Of a stretch of 64,000 bases of DNA, positions 63,270 to 64,000 are shown one piece after another. The translations under genes were made by a program, and so were the position numbers. This stretch comes from Mobula hypostoma (Eukaryota). How positions within the stretch are numbered: position 1 is the stretch's first letter; each line of letters begins with the position of its first letter. Below the pieces are notes generated by a model that made no database searches, was not told where the DNA came from, and saw only the letters and a program-made list of their open reading frames with translations. The stretch covers positions 235,106,001-235,170,000 of the forward strand of contig NC_086097.1 in the NCBI RefSeq assembly GCF_963921235.1. The letters are read 5' to 3'.

Positions 63270-64000
63270 AGGATGACACCAAGAATGGGGGTGTAGTAGT
63301 TAGCGAGGATTGATATTAAAGCTTGTAGTGGGATTTGGACAGGCTGGGAAAACAGGCTGAAAAATGGCAGATGAAATTTAGTGAAGACAATTGTGAGGAG
63401 TTGCATTTTGGGAGGGCAAACCGGGGTAGGACTCCCACAGTGAAATTTAGTGGAATGAGGAGTTCAGTGTTTTGGGTAAACAAATCCATACTTCCTTCAA
63501 TGCTGTGTCACATGTAGATAAGGTCAAAAAGAGAGCTTTTTCCTTCTGTCTTGCATAGATTTGTGTATTGAATACAGGAGTTTGAGTGTAATGTTGAAGT
63601 TGTATAAGATATTGGTGAGGCCAAATTTGGAATATTGTGTGCAGTTTTGGTCACCTACCTCCAGGAAAGAGTACAGAGGACAATTACAAGGATGCTGCGG
63701 ACATTTGAGGACCTAAGTTATAGGGAATGGTTAGAACATTATTCCCTAGATCATAGGGAAATGAGGGGAGATTTGATTAAGTGTACTATATCATGTATGC
63801 TGATCGTGTGGATAGTCAGAGGCTTTTTCCCAGGGCTGAAATGGTTGCCACAAGAGGGCACAGGTTTAAGGTGCTGGGGAGTAGGTACAGAGGAGATGTC
63901 AGGGGTAAGTTTTTTACTCAGAGAGTGGTGAGTGCGTGGAATGGGCTGCCGGCAACGGTGGTGGAGGCAGATACGATAGGGTCTTTTAAGAGGCTCCAGG
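63270..64000 (+). mobile_element. Degenerate CR1 RT/C-terminal fragments
   Basis: DRLGKQAEKWQMKF..LHFGR, GTGAGGCCAAATTTGGAATATTGT and ERVQR. The last 200 bp match positions 1-220. Confidence 0.85.

Noticed and set aside
1..64000. Similarity between the first and last 200 bp as terminal repeats of one large element
   Set aside because: Both are diverged 3' fragments of an abundant CR1 family that also occurs at 8600-8900, 46200-46500 and 61700-62000.

Overview
Eukaryotic, repeat-saturated DNA with no host gene I can support. The mix of HE1/V-type SINEs, CR1 and Rex1/Babar LINEs and Penelope-type hammerhead repeats suggests a cartilaginous fish (inference). Most of the window is degenerate CR1 and Rex1/Babar LINE fragments, often nested. 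The less obvious structures are: (1) an ancient class I (gamma/epsilon-like) endogenous provirus on the minus strand, about 20212-30148, missed by the ORF track, with LTR, tRNA-Gln-like PBS, gag, integrase, env (CWVC, ISD), PPT and LTR, lacking PR/RT/RNase H and split by six later insertions; (2) a tandem LTR-int-LTR-int-LTR non-autonomous element at 34164-37860 whose PBS is complementary to its own presumed transcript start (Tf1/sushi-type self-priming); (3) five Penelope-type insertions with 7-15 bp TSDs, four carrying minimal hammerhead ribozyme motifs, including a back-to-back double-hammerhead hairpin; (4) a structurally complete CsRn1-like Gypsy element at 40676-44928; (5) a second ERV remnant at about 53960-56020; (6) three solo LTRs with TSDs; (7) short non-coding elements that use Rex1/Babar 3' tails. 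All coordinates and translations were read by eye, so boundaries of degenerate repeats are approximate.
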